Source: Candidatus Gottesmanbacteria bacterium RIFCSPLOWO2_01_FULL_42_22 (GTDB taxonomy: Bacteria; Patescibacteriota; Microgenomatia; 2-02-FULL-39-11). From it: a stretch of DNA of 64,000 nt. The notes beneath the pieces are model-generated. The model saw nothing but the letters and a program-made list of their open reading frames with translations. It was not told the DNA's origin and did no database searches. A program made the translations under genes and the position numbers. The first letter of the stretch is position 1. Each line of letters opens with the position of its first letter. Below are positions 18,544 through 27,081 of the stretch, in pieces. Where the stretch lies: contig MFJU01000004.1 of the NCBI GenBank assembly GCA_001779315.1, forward strand, positions 6,753-70,752, in the 5' to 3' direction.

Positions 18544-19725
18544 ATGCTTAAACGTCTTTTCCTATTTTTGTTTTCGCTTGTTCTGATTGCTGGTTTGACC
18601 GCCGCAGTTATCCTCTATGGCCGGGGTTACCGCTTTGATCCCAAAGATAAAACTATCAGTCCGACCGGCATTCTCTCTGTTTCCTCATATCCCGGAAAAT
18701 CTTCAATCTTTATCAACGGCAAATTAATTTCAGCCACCGATGCCTCACTGACTTTGCCGCCGGGCTGGTATGAAATCAAAATCAGCAAAGAGGGCTACCA
18801 GCCCTGGAAAAAAAGAATCAGGATCCAGGGTGAAGTTGTCAGCCAAATTGACGCTCTCCTCCTGCCTTTTAATCCGTCACTCAGAGCCATTACCTTTACC
18901 GGGGTCGTCTCCCCCCATCTCTCTCCTTCAGGCACGAAAGTCGCCTATTTGGTTAAAAGTAGCGAAGATGATCCGGCCACCGGCAAAAACCGTTCCGGCG
19001 TCTGGCTTTTGGAATTAAGAACCGGTCCTTTAGGCACGAAACCGGATCCCAAGCAGATGTTTTCCATCAATCCTGAGGGGGCAGAGCTTATATGGTCATA
19101 TGATGAAAAGGAAATTATGGTAGTTTTCCGTCCCGCTGCCCTTCCCATTCAACAAGCTTACCTTATGGAAACAGAAAGCGGCCTCTCCATTATGCCAATT
19201 GATGTCACCTTACGGGCAGAGGAAATACTCCAGGAATGGGAAGAAAGAAAAATGCTCAAACATAAATCAAGTCTTGCCTCCTTGCCTAAAAACATCAGGC
19301 AAATTTTGACTGAATCAGCAGACGGAATTAAATTTTCTCCTGATGAAAATAAAATCCTTTATCAGGCTACTGATTCCGCCAGCCTTAAGCTTGTCATAGA
19401 CCCGCCTCTTATCGGCAGCAATCCGACGGAAGAGACCAGAAAACTGGAAAAAGGAAAATATTATATCTACGACGCCAAGGAAGATAAGAATTATTTTTTG
19501 GCTGATACTTTACCGATCTGGTATACCGATTCAAAACACCTCATTCTGATAGACCTGGATAAGATAGCCGTGGTTGATTACGACGGCACCAACAAGCGTT
19601 CAGTTTATTCCGGTCCGTTTACGGATAATCTGGTTTTTCCGTGGACTTCTGGAGGCAAAATAGTTATCCTGACCAATATAAACAGCTCATCTTCAGCTGA
19701 TTTTTACGACGTCGACTTAAGATAA
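18544..19725 (+). CDS. Membrane-anchored PEGA-domain protein with a C-terminal beta-rich domain.
   Basis: It has an N-terminal TM helix, then SSYPGKSSIFINGK...PPGWYEIKISKEGYQPW (PEGA motif). An extended -10 (TGcTATAAT, 18521..18529) lies 15 nt upstream of the ATG. Confidence 0.6.
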   Translation: MLKRLFLFLFSLVLIAGLTAAVILYGRGYRFDPKDKTISPTGILSVSSYPGKSSIFINGKLISATDASLTLPPGWYEIKISKEGYQPWKKRIRIQGEVVSQIDALLLPFNPSLRAITFTGVVSPHLSPSGTKVAYLVKSSEDDPATGKNRSGVWLLELRTGPLGTKPDPKQMFSINPEGAELIWSYDEKEIMVVFRPAALPIQQAYLMETESGLSIMPIDVTLRAEEILQEWEERKMLKHKSSLASLPKNIRQILTESADGIKFSPDENKILYQATDSASLKLVIDPPLIGSNPTEETRKLEKGKYYIYDAKEDKNYFLADTLPIWYTDSKHLILIDLDKIAVVDYDGTNKRSVYSGPFTDNLVFPWTSGGKIVILTNINSSSSADFYDVDLR

Positions 19726-19727
19726 AT

Positions 19728-19913
19728 ATGGATAAAAAAACTATGGCCATTTTGTTGAGTCTGGCTGCCCTTATCGCTGGAATCTATTTTCTGACAAACT
19801 CGGTTGATGTCAAACCTTTCTTCAGTTTCCCCGGCATTAACCAGGCTACCTCTTCTGGTTCCCAAAAAGGCTTCTCCGAACTCCTGGAACCGTCTCTTAC
19901 CCCTACTCCCTGA
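19728..19913 (+). CDS. Small membrane protein (61 aa), hypothetical.
   Basis: ORF immediately after the PEGA gene, with one TM helix (MAILLSLAALIAGIYFL). Confidence 0.3.
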   Translation: MDKKTMAILLSLAALIAGIYFLTNSVDVKPFFSFPGINQATSSGSQKGFSELLEPSLTPTP

Positions 19914-20643
19914 AATCCTTTTCCGGAACAGCCAGGATGATCAGTCGTTTAAAAGTCGTTCCCGGAGGCCAGCATGTCTGCAGTGTCAGCTGTTCATAGT
20001 TGGTCTGCCTGGTCAAATATTCAATTTCAGTCGGATCGACAATCAGTTTATTGGTTACCCTGTAAATATGCCTTTTTCCGTTCAAAAAAAGATCAACTTC
20101 ATCCCCTTTTTCCAGTTCCTTCAGTAAATAAAAAATAGCGTTATAACGGCCCACATTCCAAAAATTATCAGTTGAGTGGGCAAAGAGGAAAATATTACCC
20201 GTCACCCCCGGAAAAACCGTGCCGGCCGCGTGGGCGACTCCTTTTTTTAAAGCATCCAAATAAATATCAGGTTTGCCGGCATCAATATTGGGAGCAATCG
20301 GCGCGTTTGCCCCGATTTTCGGAATGATTATGCCGAATTTAGAGGATACCGGTTCCAGAAATTCCACTTTATCCCCGCCGGAAATCTGTCCAAAAAGTGT
20401 GTTGTTTATGATCTCCGGGGTTGGAGTAGGTTCCTCGCTCAATACCTCTGTTTCATCTTCAGCAACTACCCCCTTCCAGGCAATCTGGTAGCGGACATTT
20501 CTCATTTGGTTGAGCCGGTACTTGCTTTCCAAAAGCACAGCCGGACCCAATGTTCTGCTGATGCCATAGAGTGAAGCTAACAGAAGGAAATTTCCCAGTG
20601 TTCGTAAAATAATAAATCTGATAACTTCCCTGCTTATTTTCAT
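19903..20643 (-). CDS. Sortase family transpeptidase (second copy).
   Basis: It has an N-terminal TM helix. His is in IFLFAHSTD, Cys is in LTLQTCWP (TLxTC), and a conserved Arg follows. Confidence 0.7.
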   Translation of the reverse strand: MKISREVIRFIILRTLGNFLLLASLYGISRTLGPAVLLESKYRLNQMRNVRYQIAWKGVVAEDETEVLSEEPTPTPEIINNTLFGQISGGDKVEFLEPVSSKFGIIIPKIGANAPIAPNIDAGKPDIYLDALKKGVAHAAGTVFPGVTGNIFLFAHSTDNFWNVGRYNAIFYLLKELEKGDEVDLFLNGKRHIYRVTNKLIVDPTEIEYLTRQTNYEQLTLQTCWPPGTTFKRLIILAVPEKDFRE

Positions 20644-20653
20644 ATAAAAAAAG

Positions 20654-20725
20654 TACCCCTGGGCGGAATCGAACCGCCATCAATCGCTTAGGACGCGACT
20701 ACTCTGTCCGTTGAGCTACAGGGGC
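20654..20725 (-). tRNA. tRNA-Arg (anticodon CCT).
   Basis: Cloverleaf folded by hand on the minus strand: acceptor GCCCCTG/CAGGGGT, D-arm GCTC..GAGT, anticodon stem GTCGC/GCGAT with loop GTCCTAA (U33, CCT, A37), T-arm GGCGG-TTCGATT-CCGCC, discriminator A. CCA is not encoded. Confidence 0.75.
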
Positions 20726-20808
20726 ATAAATTTGGAACTGCCAATATCCAACCTTAATATTTTATCATTCAGGTGATAAAATACGAAGAGACTCTGTGTC
20801 AGGGAAAT

Positions 20809-20885
20809 CGGGATGTAGCTCAGTTGGCTAGAGCGCTACGTTCGGGACGTAGAGGCCCGCGGTTCAAGTCCGCGCATCCCGACCA
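20809..20885 (+). tRNA. tRNA-Pro (anticodon CGG).
   Basis: CGGGATG/CATCCCG acceptor, D-arm GCTC-AGTTGGCTA-GAGC, anticodon stem CTACG/CGTAG with loop TTCGGGA (CGG, G37), T-arm CGCGG-TTCAAGT-CCGCG, discriminator A. CCA is encoded. A candidate promoter is TTAATA-17-TAAAAT at 20747..20775. Confidence 0.8.
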
Positions 20886-20897
20886 ACAGAATATAAT

Positions 20898-21164
20898 TTG
20901 GCAAAGGGGGTGATCAATTTGAAACAAGTAGGTCAGGTAACCCACTATTACGATAAAATCTCTGTGGCGGTCATCAACCTATCCTCAAAACTTAAGGTTG
21001 GTGAGACAGTTAAATTTTCCCACCATGATGATGAATTTACCCAGACAGTCAGCTCAATGCAAAAAGACCACCAGGTGATTGAGAAAGCGGGCAAAGGGGA
21101 AGAAATAGCCATCAAAACCGACAAAAAAGTCAAATCAGGCGATAAAGTTTATTTGGTTTCCTGA
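20898..21164 (+). CDS. Small hypothetical protein (beta-barrel-like). It may start at TTG 20916 after a GGGGGTGA RBS.
   Basis: ORF with a good SD-like AAGGGGGTGA just upstream of an in-frame TTG. I recognise no family. Confidence 0.45.
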   Translation: MAKGVINLKQVGQVTHYYDKISVAVINLSSKLKVGETVKFSHHDDEFTQTVSSMQKDHQVIEKAGKGEEIAIKTDKKVKSGDKVYLVS

Positions 21165-21181
21165 ATCTCGGGTGAATCGCC

Positions 21182-21418
21182 TTATTTATTCTTTCTGCCA
21201 ACTGATTTTCTGGTGGGCTTAGTTTCGGCTCTGGCCCGATCGGCGAAAAATAAGAGATAAATAACCGGCAGGACTCCGACGGTATTCAAAACCAAAAGAG
21301 CGACAAACCAGTATTTGTGGTCTTTCTTGGCCGCTTTCCAAAGAGCAAAGCCCTTCATGATCAATTCCAGCGCGATAACCGGCAAATAGACCCATTTATT
21401 TTCAGGGAAGAAACCCAT
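21182..21418 (-). CDS. Small two-helix membrane protein, hypothetical.
   Basis: ORF with two hydrophobic segments and a basic C-terminus. Confidence 0.4.
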   Translation of the reverse strand: MGFFPENKWVYLPVIALELIMKGFALWKAAKKDHKYWFVALLVLNTVGVLPVIYLLFFADRARAETKPTRKSVGRKNK

Positions 21419-21442
21419 GATGATTATAGTATACTACGAAAC

Positions 21443-22024
21443 ATGCCCGATTTAGTGCTCGCTTCCCAGTCGCTGGGCAGGAAAAAACTGCTGCAATATC
21501 TCAAAATCCCTTTTAAAATCATTATTTCCTCACTTGACGAAGAAAAAATCCTGGCCAAAACCCCTGAAGAAACCATCAGGCTTCGGGCAAAACTTAAAGG
21601 CGAAGAAGTGGCATCCCGGCTCCAATCTCCTTCAATTATCCTTTCAGCCGACTCCGGTGCTGTCTTCGGCCGCGAACTGATCGGCAAACCGCATAGTAGA
21701 GAGGATGCAGTCAGAATTTTAAAAACCCTGGCTGGCCATCGTCATAAATATATAACCTCAACTTACATCATCAAATTATCAACTGATAAATTAAAAAGTA
21801 TCATTTACCAAGGGGAAAACACCAGTTTTGTCACCTTCAGAAAAATGGCTAAGGACGATATAAATTTTTTCCTGGACCGTACCGATTATACCCGATTTGC
21901 CGCCGGTTATATTTTAGTCAGCGCCCAGGATTTCATCACCCGTGTGGAAGGTTCCCTTTCCAACGTCATCGGCCTGCCGCTGGAAGACATCATCCCTGTC
22001 TTAAAAAAAGAACATATTATTTGA
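21443..22024 (+). CDS. maf: Maf-family nucleoside triphosphate pyrophosphatase (septum formation protein).
   Basis: Using the internal start MPDLVLASQSLGRKKLL: the Maf N-terminal LASQSPRR-like motif, ILSADSGAVFG and the GLPLEDIIPVL end are present. The longer ORF 21317.. would overlap the convergent small gene. Confidence 0.85.
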   Translation: MPDLVLASQSLGRKKLLQYLKIPFKIIISSLDEEKILAKTPEETIRLRAKLKGEEVASRLQSPSIILSADSGAVFGRELIGKPHSREDAVRILKTLAGHRHKYITSTYIIKLSTDKLKSIIYQGENTSFVTFRKMAKDDINFFLDRTDYTRFAAGYILVSAQDFITRVEGSLSNVIGLPLEDIIPVLKKEHII

Positions 22025-22071
22025 TATATTTCAAAATATACCTTTGTTTGCTATACTCACCTTAACAATTT

Positions 22072-22428
22072 ATGGCTATTACTCATATCAATGCAGTTAT
22101 AAAAAACCCTGTCATACCCGGCAAATCGATGATAAGAAGATTCCTGGTTGATTCCGGAGCAGTTTACTCCGTAATGCCGGAAAGTGATTTAAAAAAACTC
22201 GGCATAAAACCGACTGATAAACAAGGATTTAGCTTGGCTAATGGCGAAGTCATTGAAAAAGAGGTTGGCAATGCTTTATTTAAATATAAGGGTAAAATAA
22301 GAAGTTCTCCTGTAGTCTTCGGTAATAAAAATATCTATCTGTTAGGGGCAGTCACACTGGAATCTTTAGGAGTCATACTTGATCCGATAAACCGCGAACT
22401 GAAACCCCTGCCGATGCTCTTAATGTAA
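22072..22428 (+). CDS. Retropepsin-like (clan AA) aspartic protease, single-domain.
   Basis: FLVDSGAVYSVM is the D-S/T-G-A active-site motif. A Gly-rich flap and an ILDP-like C-terminal region are present. An extended -10 TGcTATACT lies at 22049..22057. Confidence 0.65.
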   Translation: MAITHINAVIKNPVIPGKSMIRRFLVDSGAVYSVMPESDLKKLGIKPTDKQGFSLANGEVIEKEVGNALFKYKGKIRSSPVVFGNKNIYLLGAVTLESLGVILDPINRELKPLPMLLM

Positions 22429-22441
22429 AAGACGCTGTTGA

Positions 22442-23329
22442 TTAAACCGAAACAATCCCCATCATGACTATTCCTGCCAGGCTGAAGAGAATCCCCAGCC
22501 GCTGCTGGCCGGTCAGCCGTTCTTTGAAAACGAAACGGGAGATGATGACAAAAATCACTGGTGCCGAACCGGCTATAGGCGCCACCACAGATGAAAAACC
22601 GTAGGTTATTCCCAGATTAAAGGCAAAATTAGCTGTTAATATCAAAAGAGTCATAGTTATGATCATCAATATGATGCGCCTGTTTTTAAGTTTATTTATG
22701 GTTATATCTTTTCTTTTGACCATACCCGTCAAATACATGTAAATAAAAAAGGAATATCCCGGATAGGAAGACCAAAACCAGCCGATTTTCTCGACCGGGT
22801 AGCGGACCAAAGTCCAATATATCCCCCAGATAAGCAAAGTTGCAAAAGATAAAACGATGCTTTTCTCTTTCAGTAACCGGCTTAGATTTCTCTTTTTTAT
22901 TTCTTCAAAATGAAAAGTTGCCAAAACCAATCCGCTGATTATCAATAAAATTGCTCCTATTTGGATTGCTGTCAGACTTTCTTTAAAAAGCAGAATTGAC
23001 AAGGGTACTGTTACGACGGGAAATGCTCCGCTGATTGTCCCAACCAAAGAAGTATGCCCGACCTCCAATGCCCGGAAATAAAAAATCGTGCCGTAAAGGC
23101 CGAAAAAATTTATCAGAATGGCCAAAAACAGCATCGCCCAATCATTAACCGGACCGGCAAACGGAATATAAAGTGAGGAAATGAGGAAACTGCCGATAAG
23201 CCAGATGAAATTGGCTGCCCTGTTGCCCAAGATACGGGAAACCTTGGCCACCATAATATCCCCGGCTCCCCAGCCGACCAGGGCTAGTAAGGCAAAGAAA
23301 ATAGCCATAGCCAAAGAGTATATCATCAT
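22442..23329 (-). CDS. EamA/DMT-superfamily transporter.
   Basis: Ten hydrophobic helices with duplicated EamA-like repeats (FRALEVGHTSLVGTISGAFPV...). Confidence 0.8.
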   Translation of the reverse strand: MMIYSLAMAIFFALLALVGWGAGDIMVAKVSRILGNRAANFIWLIGSFLISSLYIPFAGPVNDWAMLFLAILINFFGLYGTIFYFRALEVGHTSLVGTISGAFPVVTVPLSILLFKESLTAIQIGAILLIISGLVLATFHFEEIKKRNLSRLLKEKSIVLSFATLLIWGIYWTLVRYPVEKIGWFWSSYPGYSFFIYMYLTGMVKRKDITINKLKNRRIILMIITMTLLILTANFAFNLGITYGFSSVVAPIAGSAPVIFVIISRFVFKERLTGQQRLGILFSLAGIVMMGIVSV

Positions 23330-23382
23330 CTCGTGCTTGACAACATATGGTTCAGACAGTATTTTTTAAAAGGGTTTAAAAA

Positions 23383-23877
23383 ATGAAAGTCCGCCAATTA
23401 ATGCGGTTAAAACCCAAAACAGTTACACCGGATACTCCTCTTGAGAGGGTATGGCAGATCGTTTCCGAACTCAAATTCCATATTCTGCCCGTTGTCGATG
23501 AAAATAACCGGCTCAAAGGCGTCATCACTGCCGAGGATCTTTTGAAGAATTTAGTACCCGACTACCGTAATTTCTTTTCCGAATTTTATCCGGATGCGCC
23601 CACCATTGATGATATTGTTGATCAAATCGAAAAACAAATCCGTTTGACAGCCCGCGATCTGATGAATAAAAAAGTCTATACCGCAAATAGCGATCAGGAT
23701 GTTTTCAAAGCCCTGTCCAAAATGATGGTTTACAACGTCAGAATCCTGCCTGTCTTAAATGATGATGAAAAATTGGCCGGTTTTATCGTGGAAAAGGATA
23801 TCTTCAAATACCTCTTCCAAAAGGAAAAACACATTTTTGCCAAACTGCAAAAACTAAAGCAGAAGAAATCCTCCTAA
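23383..23877 (+). CDS. CBS-domain pair protein.
   Basis: Two CBS motifs (HILPVVDENNRLKGVITAEDLL and ILPVLNDDEKLAGFIVEKDI). Confidence 0.75.
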   Translation: MKVRQLMRLKPKTVTPDTPLERVWQIVSELKFHILPVVDENNRLKGVITAEDLLKNLVPDYRNFFSEFYPDAPTIDDIVDQIEKQIRLTARDLMNKKVYTANSDQDVFKALSKMMVYNVRILPVLNDDEKLAGFIVEKDIFKYLFQKEKHIFAKLQKLKQKKSS

Positions 23878-23940
23878 CCGATCCCGGATTGACAAATCAG
23901 GCTGATATAAATATCATTCCCCTATTCTGCCCCATCTAAT

Positions 23941-25629
23941 ATGCCTCCCGTACAAGAAAGAAACGAAAACAGACCACGCGCCGCAATAGATCAATATACA
24001 CATGGCTTGTCTGAGGAAATCAGGCAGCAAATGGCCCCTCTAATAGAAGATTCAATCAGAGTATATGATTGGGCTGTGGCGAGATTATCCAAACATGGAC
24101 TTACCCCGACCAAAGCCGATTTGCTCCTTAAAGGAAACGTCAACAGTGGCGATAATCCTGCAGATCCTGGTTTTGCTTTTGAACACGAACTTGCAGCTGA
24201 ATTCAGGCATACCGTCCACCATGTCACTGTTACGGCTTTAAAACTAAAAAGGTTCATGCTGGAACAAGAAATGCCAGAACGCGTGATTGCCTATCAATCA
24301 GGCACCGGTTTTCCTTTACCGGAGGAAATTGAGGGAAAAGTTGAAAAAATCGGCTTTCTGCAGTTCGGAAAAGGCATCCTGACACATATTCCGAAAGCCG
24401 ACCATAAAAGGGACGACCGGCCAGAAGAAGATGAAAGTCCTGAGGAATCTCCCGCCGGCATGTATTTTTATAAAGTGACAGCCGACAATGGCCGTGAAAT
24501 GACTTTGATTGCCTTGAAAGGTCGCTATCACGGTTATTCAGCTGTTGCTTCAGGCATGTCCTATCCCCATCACCGCCTGGCAATTCTTCCCAGGGTCCTA
24601 AAAGGTATCGGCATTGAAGAAGTGTTTACAACTTTTGCTTCCGGTTATGACGGAGTGCCGGAAGGTGATGAAGCCATGCCTGAGACCGGGGATTACGGCT
24701 ATATATTAAATTTTGCCGATCTTTTCGGTGAACAACAAAGGACCGACCCCGCCTTAGGGATCCAAACAATACTTGCACCGCTTTATGGCGGCCCCTATCA
24801 GGGAACCACTGAATTAGCCAATGGCAAAATGAGCATCACTCTGATGGAAAAAGCCATCCGCCATGTTTATCCGGACGGAAAAATGGCCGATGGAACTCTC
24901 ATTCCCGCCCGGCATGGCACCCTGTTCTATGACGGCCCTGCCCCCCATTTTGAAAATTCTGCACATTGGGCGCGGGCAAGAGTTAATGCAGCCAAAATAT
25001 TACAAACACCGGGTATGTTTGACACTGAGATTATCGCAGAGATTCCTTCAACTGTTATATCTACCAATCAGGGTATGTCTTCCTGGTCGGAAATAATGAA
25101 CTATAATCTATCAATCCCCAAAGGGAGCGGCGGAGTTGAATCTGTCTTCAACCGGAAAGTTAAAGTGACTTCCCTTACCTCCGATACCGACACTATTGAT
25201 CCCAGAACCGGAGGCCAAAGCCACAAAATTTCCGACGATGCGGTGCGTGAAGCCGGCAAGAAAGGGGCCGCTTTTTTTGCCCCTGTCGTCAGCGAGTACG
25301 CCAGACAAATAGCCTCTTTCTATAAGGAAGGAGAAAATCTCTCCGGATTAATGAACGAATTGGATAAAATTCCCCAAGATTCAAAATCAGAGCAGGACCA
25401 GTTAGACAGATTATTGTTGGAAGAAATACAACGCTATCAATTAAAAGATACTATGACAGTAAAAGATTTTTATGAAGATCTTGTAGATATGAGGGGGATT
25501 TGTTTTAGAGACGCTCAAGAAAAACCCGGCATGGAAGCATCCTATAAAATTGCGGTTTTATATGATAATTTAGCCGCAAGACTAGCCGAGTATATGGGAA
25601 TCGAACACGAGGGATATCGCTTCGCCTAA
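23941..25629 (+). CDS. Purine nucleoside phosphorylase family-2 (PNP/MTAP/XapA-like) core with ~180-aa N-terminal and ~120-aa C-terminal extensions.
   Basis: LKGRYHGYS compares with PNP KGR(F/G)HxYEG. TTFASGYDGVPEGD compares with TNAAGGL..VGD. GPAPHFENSAH...VISTNQG compares with GPxFET.AE...SxITN, with the catalytic Glu and Asn conserved and the spacing preserved. Total length is 562 aa. Confidence 0.45.
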   Translation: MPPVQERNENRPRAAIDQYTHGLSEEIRQQMAPLIEDSIRVYDWAVARLSKHGLTPTKADLLLKGNVNSGDNPADPGFAFEHELAAEFRHTVHHVTVTALKLKRFMLEQEMPERVIAYQSGTGFPLPEEIEGKVEKIGFLQFGKGILTHIPKADHKRDDRPEEDESPEESPAGMYFYKVTADNGREMTLIALKGRYHGYSAVASGMSYPHHRLAILPRVLKGIGIEEVFTTFASGYDGVPEGDEAMPETGDYGYILNFADLFGEQQRTDPALGIQTILAPLYGGPYQGTTELANGKMSITLMEKAIRHVYPDGKMADGTLIPARHGTLFYDGPAPHFENSAHWARARVNAAKILQTPGMFDTEIIAEIPSTVISTNQGMSSWSEIMNYNLSIPKGSGGVESVFNRKVKVTSLTSDTDTIDPRTGGQSHKISDDAVREAGKKGAAFFAPVVSEYARQIASFYKEGENLSGLMNELDKIPQDSKSEQDQLDRLLLEEIQRYQLKDTMTVKDFYEDLVDMRGICFRDAQEKPGMEASYKIAVLYDNLAARLAEYMGIEHEGYRFA

Positions 25630-25632
25630 TTT

Positions 25633-26301
25633 CTACAGATATTTTTTGGCCAGGCGCAGAGATTCCTTGGCAAAAAAATCCTGCACTTCTGCCCATTTTA
25701 CCGGTTTGATCATCGCCGGCATATTGTCTTCTTTAGCATCTTCAAAAAATCCTAAAGCCTTGATGATAACGTAAAGATTATTACCGGTATCGCCGAATTT
25801 TTTTACGTATAAATCAATCATCGTCTCAACTGTGAATTTTTGAGTGATGAAATATAAATCAATATAATCCCTTTTAGTCGCTCTGCCGGAAATTGCCGAA
25901 AGTTTCATTGCTGCAATATCCTCCACCGAAGCAACTTTGATGCTTTTGAATATTGAAAATTTACCGATTAGCGGATAGTTATATCGGAATAAACTTAACT
26001 TTACACCTTCAAATTCTCCCAATATGGTATGGGGTGGTTCAAGCAATGTAACAGAGAATTTACCAAGTTTGGTTAATTGAACGGGTATATCTTTTGCTAA
26101 AATACTCTTTTGGGTATAAAAATCCAAATCAACGCTTTTCCGATGACCTAAATGAAGTGCTAAAGCCGATCCTCCGGCTAAATAACAGGAAGTAAAAATC
26201 TCGGATTGTCCTAATTTGGCCAATGCATTTTGCGCATTGACCGGTAAGGTTCCCGCATGCATTTGATCTCCTCTATTGGAATATTTAACAGTCGTGACCA
26301 A
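25633..26301 (-). CDS. AbiEii/DUF1814-like nucleotidyltransferase (type IV toxin-antitoxin toxin family).
   Basis: YLAGGSALALHLGHRKSVDLDFY matches the GG(T/S)AL...R.S.DiDf NTase motif. The 5' end overlaps the upstream small ORF, so the true start may be internal or non-ATG. Confidence 0.55.
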   Translation of the reverse strand: MVTTVKYSNRGDQMHAGTLPVNAQNALAKLGQSEIFTSCYLAGGSALALHLGHRKSVDLDFYTQKSILAKDIPVQLTKLGKFSVTLLEPPHTILGEFEGVKLSLFRYNYPLIGKFSIFKSIKVASVEDIAAMKLSAISGRATKRDYIDLYFITQKFTVETMIDLYVKKFGDTGNNLYVIIKALGFFEDAKEDNMPAMIKPVKWAEVQDFFAKESLRLAKKYL

Positions 26302-26531
26302 AATATAACAGTTTTAGATGAAAAATCCCTCATTTTTTTGATTGTTTCAATAATGAGTTCCTCCGGAAAATTCCGCCTCACCCACCTGACTGCCGCCAGA
26401 TTCCCTTTATCCAATAACCTATTGATGACATAATACGGCTTTTTAGCAGGGTTAAGTTTCGTAACGTCGCAATCCCAGAAAAAAAAGTGCAATGAGGGAG
26501 GAAGTTTTGCAGGTATTAGCTTCTTTTTCAC
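26211..26531 (-). CDS. Small conserved protein, putative partner/antitoxin of the AbiEii-like NTase.
   Basis: ORF with the FFWDCDV...LNP...YVINRLLDKGNLAAVRWV motif, which recurs next to such NTases. This is a weak family assignment. Confidence 0.35.
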   Translation of the reverse strand: MKKKLIPAKLPPSLHFFFWDCDVTKLNPAKKPYYVINRLLDKGNLAAVRWVRRNFPEELIIETIKKMRDFSSKTVIFWSRLLNIPIEEIKCMREPYRSMRKMHWPN

Positions 26532-26554
26532 CCCTTAATTATAGCAAAAATAGC

Positions 26555-26980
26555 TTACCTTTTCCATTCCTGGATTTCGTGAGGGAGGAATATGAGATCC
26601 ATCTCTTTGGAAGCGGCATGGTCGTCTTCTGAAGCATGAATGGCATTTCTCTGGACATCTTCGCCGTAATCACCTCTTATGGTTCCTTTTGGAGCTTTTG
26701 TAGCGTCTGTCGGCCCGCATAATTTTCTTACCCGTTTTATGGCATCCTTACCTTCCCAGAGCATGGCCATGATGGGAGTCGAAATCATGAAACTTTTAAG
26801 TTCCGCAAAGAACGGTTTTTCTTTATGATGCTCATACCAGTCGTCCAGAAGGTCATCGGGCAGTCTCATGAATTTGGCGGCGATCAGCAAAAAGTCTTCT
26901 TTTTCAAAGCGGGCAATTATCTTTCCGATAAAACCCTTGCTGACGGCATCGGGCTTAATTAATACGACTGTACGTTCCAT
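26555..26980 (-). CDS. ndk: Nucleoside diphosphate kinase.
   Basis: ERTVVLIKPDAV, NAIHASED with the catalytic His, and a 141-aa length. Confidence 0.9.
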   Translation of the reverse strand: MERTVVLIKPDAVSKGFIGKIIARFEKEDFLLIAAKFMRLPDDLLDDWYEHHKEKPFFAELKSFMISTPIMAMLWEGKDAIKRVRKLCGPTDATKAPKGTIRGDYGEDVQRNAIHASEDDHAASKEMDLIFLPHEIQEWKR

Positions 26981-27032
26981 ATTTCTAATATATAAACTTA
27001 AAATTCAAAACTCAAATATCAAATCAAACCCA

Positions 27033-27058
27033 ATCCCGATTTAATCGGGATGATTTGT
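27033..27058. terminator. Candidate bidirectional intrinsic terminator between the M16 peptidase gene and ndk.
   Basis: A perfect hairpin ATCCCGAT-TTA-ATCGGGAT (27033..27051) is followed on + by a T-rich tract GATTTGTCATTTGAATTTTG and preceded by an A-rich tract. Confidence 0.4.
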
Positions 27059-27081
27059 CATTTGAATTTTGTTATTTGAAT

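Noticed and set aside
21317-21442. Upstream extension of maf (track ORF starts at 21317).
   Set aside because: It overlaps the convergent small membrane gene 21182..21418 and lacks Maf homology. The Maf N-terminal motif begins at the ATG at 21443.
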